Shown in pieces: positions 37,700 to 47,040 of a stretch of DNA of 60,223 bases. The stretch lies in IMG/VR virus record IMGVR_UViG_3300032221_000516, positions 1-60,223 of that record; one strand, given 5' to 3'. This stretch comes from a virus (Duplodnaviria > Caudoviricetes). Position 1 is the first letter of the stretch; every line of letters starts with the position of its first letter. The notes below the pieces were generated by a model that saw only the letters and a list, made by a program, of their open reading frames with translations, was not told the origin of the DNA and did no database searches. Position numbers and translations under genes: made by a program.

Positions 37700-38682
37700 T
37701 AAATATTGCAGATAAAAGGTTAAAACTTTTATTTTTTGATATTTGTAATCGTTACTCTAGTCTTATAGATAAAGACCAACATATCTATATAAAGCATTAT
37801 GGGGAATTTGACTCTGGTGCATTTGAAGAATATTTTTTTGAATACTATGAAAAAGCTAGAAAAAATGGTTTACCAACCTATGCTGAAAAAGAAAAACTTT
37901 TAATATTAGAAAATTATTGGACAGAAGAGCAAGAAAAAGAATTAAAATACAAGACGGAAAAACTAGAAAAACTAGAAAAAATATATAGTGGTTTGTTTCT
38001 TAAGTCTCATATAGATAAATCTAAAAAAGAAATAACTGAATTAAAAAAAGAAGTTAAAATATTATCAGATGACAAAAAAGATCTTATGGGTATTTACGCT
38101 GAATCTTATGCTCAAGGTAAGGTTGATTTTATTTATATTTTAAATTCATTTTATAAAGACAAAGATCTTAAAGATAGAATATTAGATATAGATATATGTG
38201 ATATAGATGAAAATGCTTATTACAAATATATAATATTACATAATAAAGCTATTGAAAAATTTAATATTAATAATATTAAAAGAATAGCCTTATCTGATTT
38301 TTTTCAAAATATGGTTAATGCAGCTGACGCTAATTGTTATTTTCTTTTTAATAAAGCTATTTATGATTTAAGTTATTATCAATCTAGTATATTTAGTTAT
38401 GGTAAATTTTTTCATACAGTACTAGGTTTACCAGAAGCTAGAAAACTTGATTCTGAAACTAAAAAAGATCCAGATAAACTAATGGAATGGTATAATGCTT
38501 TTGCTAATTTTAAAAGTAAGAATCCTAGCGCTAGTGGCAAAGGAATGAACTTTGTAATGGGCGCAAACAAAGAAGATATGGAGTATTTGAAGCAAGAAGT
38601 CAAAAATGACGTTAATGATATGGCTAAAGCAAAAGGAGGAACATTAGGTATAGCTGATCTAGCAAAATTATCAAAAATCTAA
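37696..38682 (+). CDS. putative second tail assembly chaperone
   Basis: TTG start overlapping the previous stop; directly before TMP. Confidence 0.5.
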   Translation: MINIADKRLKLLFFDICNRYSSLIDKDQHIYIKHYGEFDSGAFEEYFFEYYEKARKNGLPTYAEKEKLLILENYWTEEQEKELKYKTEKLEKLEKIYSGLFLKSHIDKSKKEITELKKEVKILSDDKKDLMGIYAESYAQGKVDFIYILNSFYKDKDLKDRILDIDICDIDENAYYKYIILHNKAIEKFNINNIKRIALSDFFQNMVNAADANCYFLFNKAIYDLSYYQSSIFSYGKFFHTVLGLPEARKLDSETKKDPDKLMEWYNAFANFKSKNPSASGKGMNFVMGANKEDMEYLKQEVKNDVNDMAKAKGGTLGIADLAKLSKI

Positions 38683-38725
38683 CTTTATTAGTGTAATAAT
38701 ATCATAGGAAAAGGTAAAAGGAAAA

Positions 38726-41700
38726 ATGAGCGATATTATCTTATCGGTTGATGGAGATCTCAGACCATTAGAGTCTAAACTAAGTAGAATATCGTCAAAA
38801 AATATAAGTTTAAATTTAAGAGATAGTTTATCTCAACCTCTTGGAAGAATTACTGGAAAAGTATCAGAATTCGAAAAATCATTAGAAGCATCTAATGCTC
38901 GTGTTTTGGCATTCGGTGCTTCTGCTGGAGCTGTATACGCAGTTCAAAGAGCTTTTGGCGAAGTTGTTAAAGCAACAATTCAAGTAGAAAAAAGTCTTAC
39001 AGATATTAATGTAGTTTTAAATGCTTCAGCAAGAGATCTTGGTGCTTTTGGTAAAGAATTATTTGGTATAGCTAAAAATACTGGTCAAGGTTTTGACCAA
39101 GTTGCAAAAGCTGCAACAGAATTTGCTCGTCAAGGTCTTGGCATTGAAGAAACATTAAAAAGAACAAGTGATGCTCTTATATTAAGTCGTCTTTCTGGTT
39201 TAGATGCAGCTAGAAGCGTAGAAACATTAACTGCAGCAGTAAATACTTTTTCAAGAGCTGGATTAACTTCTACTCAAATTATTAATAAATTAGCAAATGT
39301 TGACGCTGCTTTTGCAGTAAGCACAGGAGACCTTGCAGAAGCAATTAGTCGAGTTGGCAGTACAGCTCAAGATGTTGGAGTTGATTTTGATCAATTAATT
39401 GCGATTGTTACAGCAGCTCAACAAACAACAGCTAGAGGTGGAGCTGTTATTGGTAACTCATTTAAGACTATATTCACTCGCTTACAAAGAACAGATACTT
39501 TAGATGCTCTTGAAGGAGTTGGCATAGCTGTTAAAGATTTACAAGGAAATACATTACCAGCAGTTCAAATCTTAAAAAATCTATCAGATGTATTTTATAC
39601 ATTGAGTGATGCACAAAGAGCCTCTGTTGCAGAAACTGTTGGTGGTGTTTTCCAAATCAATATTTTGAGAGCTGCATTATCAGATTTAACAAAAGAATAC
39701 AGCGTATACAATGGCGCATTAAGTACTGCTAGAAGTGCTACAGATCAAGCTATTCAAAGAAATGAAGCTTTAAATCAAACTTTATCAGCATTAACAAACA
39801 AAACATTTGTTAATCTATTAGAAGCTGCAGCTAAAATTGGTGAAATAACAATTGCTCCAACTATAAAAACTGGTTTAGGAGGACTAAATGCAATATTAGA
39901 AGAATTTAATAGACCAGAAGAACTTCAAGGAACAGGAACAAAAATAGCTACAGGAATCTTAAAGGGAATTGGAAGTTATATTAGTGGTCCTGGATTAGCT
40001 GTAGTTGGTGTTGCATTTATAAAAATATTTGGTGGTTTAACTAAGTTTAGTGCTGAAGCTTTAAAAAGTCTTATTGGTATTGCTAGTAGTGCAGATAAAA
40101 TTGCAGCAGCACAAGCAAGAGTAAATGCAATCTTAGCTCAAAATCCAGCATTGATTCAAGCAGTAATATCAAAAGATGCTTCACTTCTTCAAGTTGAAAA
40201 TCAAATTTTAAAAATTATACAGCAACAAAATGCAGCAAGAGCTGTAGGTGCAGCAATTTCAGCAAGAGCTACGCCTCTTGTTGCAGCAGCCACAGTACCA
40301 AAAGTAAAAACAAGATCTGCTGGTTATATACCAAATTTTGTATCACCAACTATGCAAGAAAAAATGGGCGCATATGCTGGTGGATATACTCCTGGCTCAG
40401 TAAAGAAAATGGGAGGAATGTATTACAATACAGCAGAGAGTGTTGTTCAATTTCCTGGAGCAGATGGTCCAGCAATTATTCCACCACAAAATAGTCTTGC
40501 TGGAGAAAATTATAGAAGCACATTTAAAAAACAAGTAGGTTTTGATCCATATGCTTACCGAGGATACGTACCAAATTTTGCTCCTTTAGAAGCTAACTAT
40601 CCAGAAAAAAGTGGTCCTTCATCAAGAGTTTCAATGATTTATGCAAAGAAGGCTGGTATAGGCGTTGGTACTGGCGTAGCAAAATATGGTGGATATGATA
40701 TACCAATTAAATTTAATACAGCTGGATTTTCAGCTCAAAGAGTTAAGAAGCCTGCAGATGTAGATTTAGAAAAACAATTAGGAAATTATTTAACAAGATT
40801 TACAAATAATTTTGCACAAAGAATATTTGCTGGTGGACCAGCTGGATCTTCTGCAAGAATTGGTGGTATCGAAGAACTTTCTAATAAAGGATCATTTAAA
40901 AGTATTGTTGGTACTGTTTTTGAAACAGCTGTTGATTTAGCTGCAGGAAAAATAAACGAGGGAAGGCCTCAAAATGCTCCTATAGATTTTGTCGCACCAA
41001 ATACTTTATTAAAAAGAATGTTTGGGAATGCTCCTGGTGCTTATGAAGCAAAAGTAAATAATAATCAAGATCAACTAAATAGTGTTGCTCAAAAAATGAT
41101 TAATACAGGCTTAGTATCTGACTCTTTAAAATCAGCAATAGGATTAAAAGGGAAAGCAGAAGGAAAAAGAAGAGCTAGAGTTAAACCTGCAAGATTTCGT
41201 CAAGCTTCTTTCGGTCATATACCTAATTTTTCAGCATTGCAAGATGCAATTGCTCGTGAACAAGCTGCTGGCGTTAATTCTAATTTAATTAGAGTTGGTA
41301 CTAGTTCTAGTTTAATGTCTAGAGGTAATCCTCTTGGTCTTGGTGTTTATAATACAAAAGATGAACCAGCTGGATTACAACAAGGAGTCAATCGTTATAG
41401 CGGAAGAATACCAAATTTTGCTGAAACTGGAGGAGGAGCAGCCCCACAAGTTAATGATTTAAAAAATGCAGCTGATAAAGGCGCAAAAAATATAGAAAAA
41501 CATTCTACAACAATAGGTGATAATCAAGGAAGATTATTAGCTCTTGGTGTTGGTTTATCTATTTTACAAGGAACTCTATCTCAGGTTGGAGATCAAAATA
41601 GTAAATTTGCAAAAGGATTAAATCAAACAGTTAGTGTTTTAAGTACAGTTACAACTGGCTTGGGTGTTTTTGGTGGAGGAAAAAAAGGTATTGCTGCTAC

Positions 41701-43825
41701 TGGAGGTATGTTAGCAATACAAGGCGTCGCTGGACTTTCTGCAAATGCAGACAAAACTTTTGCTTCTCAAATGGCAAATTTAGACAAAGCTTTAGAAAAT
41801 ACAAGAGAACAATCATCAAAATTAGAAAGTGTTATAAATTCTGTTACTCCACAAATAAATGCTTATGTAGAAGAATTAGAAAAAGCCGAACCAGATCCAG
41901 AAGCTATAGCAAAATTTAAAAAAGCAATTTTAGATGCCGTATCTACTCTTGGTCCAGAATTACAAGAACAAATAAGAAATAATTTAGAATCTCCTCAAGC
42001 CATAATGGGTACTTTATCAAAATCTCAACGAGCAGGTGGAATTGCTCAAAACCAAATTGGTTTACAACAATTAGTTTTATCTGAGCAAGGACAATCAAGA
42101 GCAAACATGGGAATGAAAGGACAATTTGGTAAAATTTTAGCTGGCACAGGAATACCTGGTCTTGCGGGTTTTGGTCAAGGCTTAATGCAAAAAGAAATGC
42201 AACCAACTTTTCAAAAAGAAGGTTCTATTACAAAAGCTGCTAATATTGTTCTAGAACCAATATCTCAAAGTACAGAAGACTTATTATTACTTGCTGATGT
42301 TCTTTCTCAAAATTCTGATTCTGCTTCAGCTTTTTTTGCTTCCTTAGAAGCTCTTTATCAAGGCGCGGGACAAAGCACAGAAAGCTTAATGGCTCTTAAA
42401 GAAGAATTATCTAAGAATCCAGAAGCAACTAAGAAGATGGTTTCAGAAACATTAAAATTAACAAAAGCACAATTAGAAAATGCAGCAGCTGCATCAAAAA
42501 TGGGAACTCCAACTGCTCCTGGATACAAAGGCGTTAGTAAATTATATGGCGCAGGAATGTTTGATGAACAATATCAGCAGCAACCAATTGATGATCTTAA
42601 TAATACTTTGAGTAGATTAGCTATGGTTAGTGGCAAAGGACCAGCAGCAGAAATGTTAAAAAATAGAATCAAAGGTCGAGCCGCTTTACAACAAGCTGGT
42701 GCAGGAATGGAAGTTAGTGAAGAATATAAAAAAGGTGGAGCTGCATTTGCAGCAGAAAGAATGCAACAAACAGAAAAAACATATGCAAGTCTTTTAGAAA
42801 CAACTGGACAAACCGAAGATGCAAAGAAAGTTAGAAAAGTTATAGCTGACACAAATTATGATGAAATGGGCACAACAGCGATGGGAGAACAGATTGCTGC
42901 TGCTCAACAAGATGTACCAGTAAGAGCAGGTATGAGTTCTGTAGTTCCACCTCTTACAGAAGAGCAAAGAAAAATGCAAGAACAAGCTGCAGCTTCTGCT
43001 GAAGCAGCAAAACAACTAGGAGGAGCAACAACTTCTACAAGAGCAGATCTAATTTCAACTGGCACAGGGCCAGCTACACCTGCTCCAGATATCTTAAATA
43101 CTTTGCTTGCTGGTGGTGGAGGACTTGCATCTTTGGTTGGTGGAGGACTTTCATTCGCTGGAGGAGCGTTACCTTTTGTTGGTAAAGCTTTAGGTGGAGT
43201 AGGAGGAGGTCTAGTTAGAGGAGCAGGTACAGCTGTAGCTGGCACTGCTGGCGGTGCTGTAGCTGGTGGAGCTGCAGCTGCAGGAGTTGGTTATGCAAGC
43301 TACAAAGGCGGAGAAGCTCTTGGGGAATATATTGATCCAGGAGCAGAAAAACGCACAGCTATGCTTGAAGCAATTCCTGGAGTAAAAACTGGGTTTGAAT
43401 TCTTATCTTCTGCTTTACCTAGTTTTCTTGGCGGTGGAGGAGCCGAAGGACCTAGCCAAGAAGATGAAGCTAAAACAAATGAAATGTTCAATCAAGCTAA
43501 AGAAAAACAAAAACAAAGACTACAAAGACAACAAGCCGTCTCAGAAGCACCAACCGCAGAAGTTCCAGAAAGCCAGATGCAAGAAGCACAAAAAACAGCT
43601 AGCACAAAAGAGGCTCAACAGAATCAAATTAATAATACAATTTCTGTATCTCCAAGTATCAATATTGCTCAACAAGCTGCAACTGATAAAGCTGAATTAC
43701 AAAAATTAATTGAGGCAGAAGTAAAGAAGTTCGGTGAAACTATTGTAAAAATTGCAGAGGACAAGGCAAAAGCAAGGGAAAAGGGCGTTGTTAATCCACC
43801 ACAAAAGTTGAATTTAACAGCGTAA
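38726..43825 (+). CDS. tail tape measure protein with accessory domains
   Basis: TP901/PhageMin_Tail-like core (EFARQG, LAEAISRVG, GAVIGNSFKTIFTRL); Ala/Gly-rich; 1699 aa. Confidence 0.9.
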   Translation: MSDIILSVDGDLRPLESKLSRISSKNISLNLRDSLSQPLGRITGKVSEFEKSLEASNARVLAFGASAGAVYAVQRAFGEVVKATIQVEKSLTDINVVLNASARDLGAFGKELFGIAKNTGQGFDQVAKAATEFARQGLGIEETLKRTSDALILSRLSGLDAARSVETLTAAVNTFSRAGLTSTQIINKLANVDAAFAVSTGDLAEAISRVGSTAQDVGVDFDQLIAIVTAAQQTTARGGAVIGNSFKTIFTRLQRTDTLDALEGVGIAVKDLQGNTLPAVQILKNLSDVFYTLSDAQRASVAETVGGVFQINILRAALSDLTKEYSVYNGALSTARSATDQAIQRNEALNQTLSALTNKTFVNLLEAAAKIGEITIAPTIKTGLGGLNAILEEFNRPEELQGTGTKIATGILKGIGSYISGPGLAVVGVAFIKIFGGLTKFSAEALKSLIGIASSADKIAAAQARVNAILAQNPALIQAVISKDASLLQVENQILKIIQQQNAARAVGAAISARATPLVAAATVPKVKTRSAGYIPNFVSPTMQEKMGAYAGGYTPGSVKKMGGMYYNTAESVVQFPGADGPAIIPPQNSLAGENYRSTFKKQVGFDPYAYRGYVPNFAPLEANYPEKSGPSSRVSMIYAKKAGIGVGTGVAKYGGYDIPIKFNTAGFSAQRVKKPADVDLEKQLGNYLTRFTNNFAQRIFAGGPAGSSARIGGIEELSNKGSFKSIVGTVFETAVDLAAGKINEGRPQNAPIDFVAPNTLLKRMFGNAPGAYEAKVNNNQDQLNSVAQKMINTGLVSDSLKSAIGLKGKAEGKRRARVKPARFRQASFGHIPNFSALQDAIAREQAAGVNSNLIRVGTSSSLMSRGNPLGLGVYNTKDEPAGLQQGVNRYSGRIPNFAETGGGAAPQVNDLKNAADKGAKNIEKHSTTIGDNQGRLLALGVGLSILQGTLSQVGDQNSKFAKGLNQTVSVLSTVTTGLGVFGGGKKGIAATGGMLAIQGVAGLSANADKTFASQMANLDKALENTREQSSKLESVINSVTPQINAYVEELEKAEPDPEAIAKFKKAILDAVSTLGPELQEQIRNNLESPQAIMGTLSKSQRAGGIAQNQIGLQQLVLSEQGQSRANMGMKGQFGKILAGTGIPGLAGFGQGLMQKEMQPTFQKEGSITKAANIVLEPISQSTEDLLLLADVLSQNSDSASAFFASLEALYQGAGQSTESLMALKEELSKNPEATKKMVSETLKLTKAQLENAAAASKMGTPTAPGYKGVSKLYGAGMFDEQYQQQPIDDLNNTLSRLAMVSGKGPAAEMLKNRIKGRAALQQAGAGMEVSEEYKKGGAAFAAERMQQTEKTYASLLETTGQTEDAKKVRKVIADTNYDEMGTTAMGEQIAAAQQDVPVRAGMSSVVPPLTEEQRKMQEQAAASAEAAKQLGGATTSTRADLISTGTGPATPAPDILNTLLAGGGGLASLVGGGLSFAGGALPFVGKALGGVGGGLVRGAGTAVAGTAGGAVAGGAAAAGVGYASYKGGEALGEYIDPGAEKRTAMLEAIPGVKTGFEFLSSALPSFLGGGGAEGPSQEDEAKTNEMFNQAKEKQKQRLQRQQAVSEAPTAEVPESQMQEAQKTASTKEAQQNQINNTISVSPSINIAQQAATDKAELQKLIEAEVKKFGETIVKIAEDKAKAREKGVVNPPQKLNLTA

Positions 43826-43831
43826 TCAAAT

Positions 43832-45514
43832 ATGGCAAATCCATCATTTAATATATCTTTAAATTATCCTCAAGTCACAAGCGCCACAAAAAGAATAGAA
43901 AAAAATCAATCTAATATTCTTCTAAGAATTGTACAAGAAATCACAGTCAAGGGAAAGCTATTAGAATTAAATAATCAAAGTGGTTATGATGAAATTTGGG
44001 CACAAATTGCAGCAATTGAAGATAATAAAAGTGCTAAAAATTGTACATTAAATTTTGCTGGATTATTATCTTATTCTGGCGTTAGAATAACAGATATTAG
44101 TTTTGAAAATAGCGGAAATCAAGACGTACAAAGTAAAGATTTTTCTATTAGCTTTGAAGTTTATGAAGCTATTAACTCTTCAGTATTAACAACTTATGGC
44201 GTTCAACTTTCAGATTTAAAAGATATCTCAGATATTAAAATCTCTCAAGCTAAAGAAGAAAGTTTAGAAGGAAAAACACTAACCACATCTATTAGTATTA
44301 CTTTTGCAGAGAATGCAAATAGTTTTAATTTAAGTCGCGCACAAGGAATTGCTAGAGCAATATTAAGTGCTACAAATATATTATTAGTATCATCTTCAAG
44401 AACTACAGCAGCTAATGTATACGATGAAACAACAGGAACATATAGCTTCATAGAAACAAAAAATGAATTTAGAGGAGGTGGAGGAGGATTTGCTGTATTA
44501 AGATCAACTAATTATAACATACAAACAAATGGCTCAATTGTTGCGTCAGAAAATGGTCAAATCAAAATAGAAAAAAATGATAATTTTACAATTGCAGAAT
44601 TATATAATAAAGCACTAACTGAAGCTTCTAATGCTAAAACCAGATGCCAAACTTTTGTTTCAACTTATTATACCTTAACTTATGGATCTCTTCCAGCTGG
44701 ATATAAAACCTCTTTTGAAGAAACCACAAGACAAGTATCTGTTGACGAAGCTTCTGGTACAGCTCAATATAATGTATCCATAACTAACGAACCAGAATAT
44801 ATTGGACCTGTAAGAGTAGAAATTGTTGATACAACCGAAGATATTAAAAAAGAAAAAGCAAAAAGAAAAATATTACGTGGTACTATAACAGGAATAAGAC
44901 TTCCTACAGATAAAGATATTAGTCCAACTGCAAATAAAAAATTAGCCGCAGCTAAAAGTTATTTTGATACAAATTATAAACAAGAATTTACAAAAGCAAA
45001 GAATATCACTGAAGTCACTCCGAAAATAGGAGATAATAAAACATATATAACAAACGGAGATATTACTTATAACATAAGCGAAGGATCAATAAATTTTAGT
45101 TTAACATACGAAGATCGTCCAGAATATAACGTGTCAAATGCAAGTTTAATTTATGGTTCAGCAGAAACTACTAATCAATCTCCAGTTCATTTAGGAAATC
45201 AATTTCTTATTATAGGTGGAGAAAAGGCTGGAGAAGAGTTAATACAAGAGAGCAACCAAGCTAAACCAGTAGAAATCAATCTTAGAGTTGAATGTTTATT
45301 TAAAGAAGCTAAAAATATTCAAAATTATATATCAACTTTTAAAGATTTAATTAAACAAAATTATCAAGATGGCATATTAACGGCTCTTAGCATTTCGAGT
45401 AATTTAATAGGAAAAACTTTTCAAGGATCAGCAACTTGGTTAAAATTTGGTGATTATAGAGAAAGAACTGACACAGCTATAAAAGTTACTAATCCAAATG
45501 AGGTAAAATTATGA
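43832..45514 (+). CDS. tail tip / distal tail-type protein
   Basis: Directly after TMP; beta-rich; GCGTAA variant upstream. Confidence 0.55.
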   Translation: MANPSFNISLNYPQVTSATKRIEKNQSNILLRIVQEITVKGKLLELNNQSGYDEIWAQIAAIEDNKSAKNCTLNFAGLLSYSGVRITDISFENSGNQDVQSKDFSISFEVYEAINSSVLTTYGVQLSDLKDISDIKISQAKEESLEGKTLTTSISITFAENANSFNLSRAQGIARAILSATNILLVSSSRTTAANVYDETTGTYSFIETKNEFRGGGGGFAVLRSTNYNIQTNGSIVASENGQIKIEKNDNFTIAELYNKALTEASNAKTRCQTFVSTYYTLTYGSLPAGYKTSFEETTRQVSVDEASGTAQYNVSITNEPEYIGPVRVEIVDTTEDIKKEKAKRKILRGTITGIRLPTDKDISPTANKKLAAAKSYFDTNYKQEFTKAKNITEVTPKIGDNKTYITNGDITYNISEGSINFSLTYEDRPEYNVSNASLIYGSAETTNQSPVHLGNQFLIIGGEKAGEELIQESNQAKPVEINLRVECLFKEAKNIQNYISTFKDLIKQNYQDGILTALSISSNLIGKTFQGSATWLKFGDYRERTDTAIKVTNPNEVKL

Positions 45515-47040
45515 GTAATATAGCATTACCTTACGCTTTCTTAGAAGGATCAAGCTTAACTGCTCAAAAAATAACAGCTTTTGCCACAAAAAGAATAGAA
45601 CCAATTTTTAACGGTCCAAATCATTATGCTAATAGAGTTATATTTAATATACAAGGTGAATATTTGCCACAAGGCATAGGTGGTAATATACCTAATGTAT
45701 TATCACCAATTAATATTAAAGGATTCTTAGATAGCTTTACTACTTTTACAAATTCAAATTGCACACTAACCAATATAAATCTTCAAGAATCTAATTGGAT
45801 TGGTCATGTTCCTTATGAAGTAGATTGTGAATGCTATGCTTTTGTTGATGATAATCTAAACAAAACAATTAATGCAAGTAATGAAATAAATGTAACTGAA
45901 AATATAGATGGAACAATAACAATTAGTAGAAATATCAATGTTGGAGCAGTATCTATTAATGGTTCTGATCCAGTTCAAAATGCAAGAACATTTGCTCAAT
46001 TACTTAGTGGTCAAACAACAAATTGGAGATTGAATTTTTCTACAAGTAATAAAAGTCAAAATTTTTCAAACATAGTTTTAAATACTTCTTCAGAAACAGC
46101 AGATATTTTTAATGGCACATATTCAATACAACAAAATTTCACAGCAAATTTACTTAGCAAAGATTTGTCTAAAAAAGGAATTGTTAAAAACTCTATAGAA
46201 ATTCAATCAGGTATAGATGGATTAGCTACAATAAATAAAAGATCCACAGTAGTAGGAGGATTAAATACAACTGAAGATGATTTAAAAAATATAGCGAAAA
46301 CTAATTCTTTTGCAATTCCTGGCAATTTTTCAATATTTTCAAATACATCAAGCTATGATGATATTTCAAGAACCTTAGAAATAAATACTATTTTTTCCAA
46401 TGATAAAACAATAACATCTAATGGCAATAAGGTAACAAATAGTTTAAGTTTCAATTATGATTTCTTTAACAGCACTTATAGTGCAAATTTTAATTCAGAA
46501 GTAAGACCTGCAACAGTAGTTAAATCAACCCCTAATGTAAAAACTGATCTTTCTAAAAATATATCATCTCAATTAAAAACTTATGATCCATTAGGTAATA
46601 CTCTTATATTAGAATCTTCAGCAGAAGGTAGTGGCATAGCTACTCAACTAGCAAATTATACTGAATCATATATTTTAAGTCCATCAATAATTGGAGGATC
46701 AAATGGAATACAATTTTATGATTTATCTCTTAATGTAGACTATCAACCAGGATATCCTCAAAATACATTCAGCCCAATATTAAGTGGAAAAGGCCAATAT
46801 TATTTAGAAAATTTAGATGTGGTTAATAATTCTGTGCTTAATATCAGTATGAATGGTAAATATGTTACTGCCCCACCAGATAAAAAATTATTTGAAAATG
46901 CTGTAAAAAGTGGTGATTTAGTAAAATTAAATAAAACTTTAATATTGAAAGATGAGATAGGAATTAACTATAATAATAGAACATTTAATTATGTACAACA
47001 AAAAGTGGGAAATGACCAGACATTCAAGGATGTAACATGA
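45511..47040 (+). CDS. tail tip protein, probable paralogue of 43832
   Basis: ATKRIE motif and similar beta pattern; ATGA coupling. Confidence 0.5.
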   Translation: MSNIALPYAFLEGSSLTAQKITAFATKRIEPIFNGPNHYANRVIFNIQGEYLPQGIGGNIPNVLSPINIKGFLDSFTTFTNSNCTLTNINLQESNWIGHVPYEVDCECYAFVDDNLNKTINASNEINVTENIDGTITISRNINVGAVSINGSDPVQNARTFAQLLSGQTTNWRLNFSTSNKSQNFSNIVLNTSSETADIFNGTYSIQQNFTANLLSKDLSKKGIVKNSIEIQSGIDGLATINKRSTVVGGLNTTEDDLKNIAKTNSFAIPGNFSIFSNTSSYDDISRTLEINTIFSNDKTITSNGNKVTNSLSFNYDFFNSTYSANFNSEVRPATVVKSTPNVKTDLSKNISSQLKTYDPLGNTLILESSAEGSGIATQLANYTESYILSPSIIGGSNGIQFYDLSLNVDYQPGYPQNTFSPILSGKGQYYLENLDVVNNSVLNISMNGKYVTAPPDKKLFENAVKSGDLVKLNKTLILKDEIGINYNNRTFNYVQQKVGNDQTFKDVT

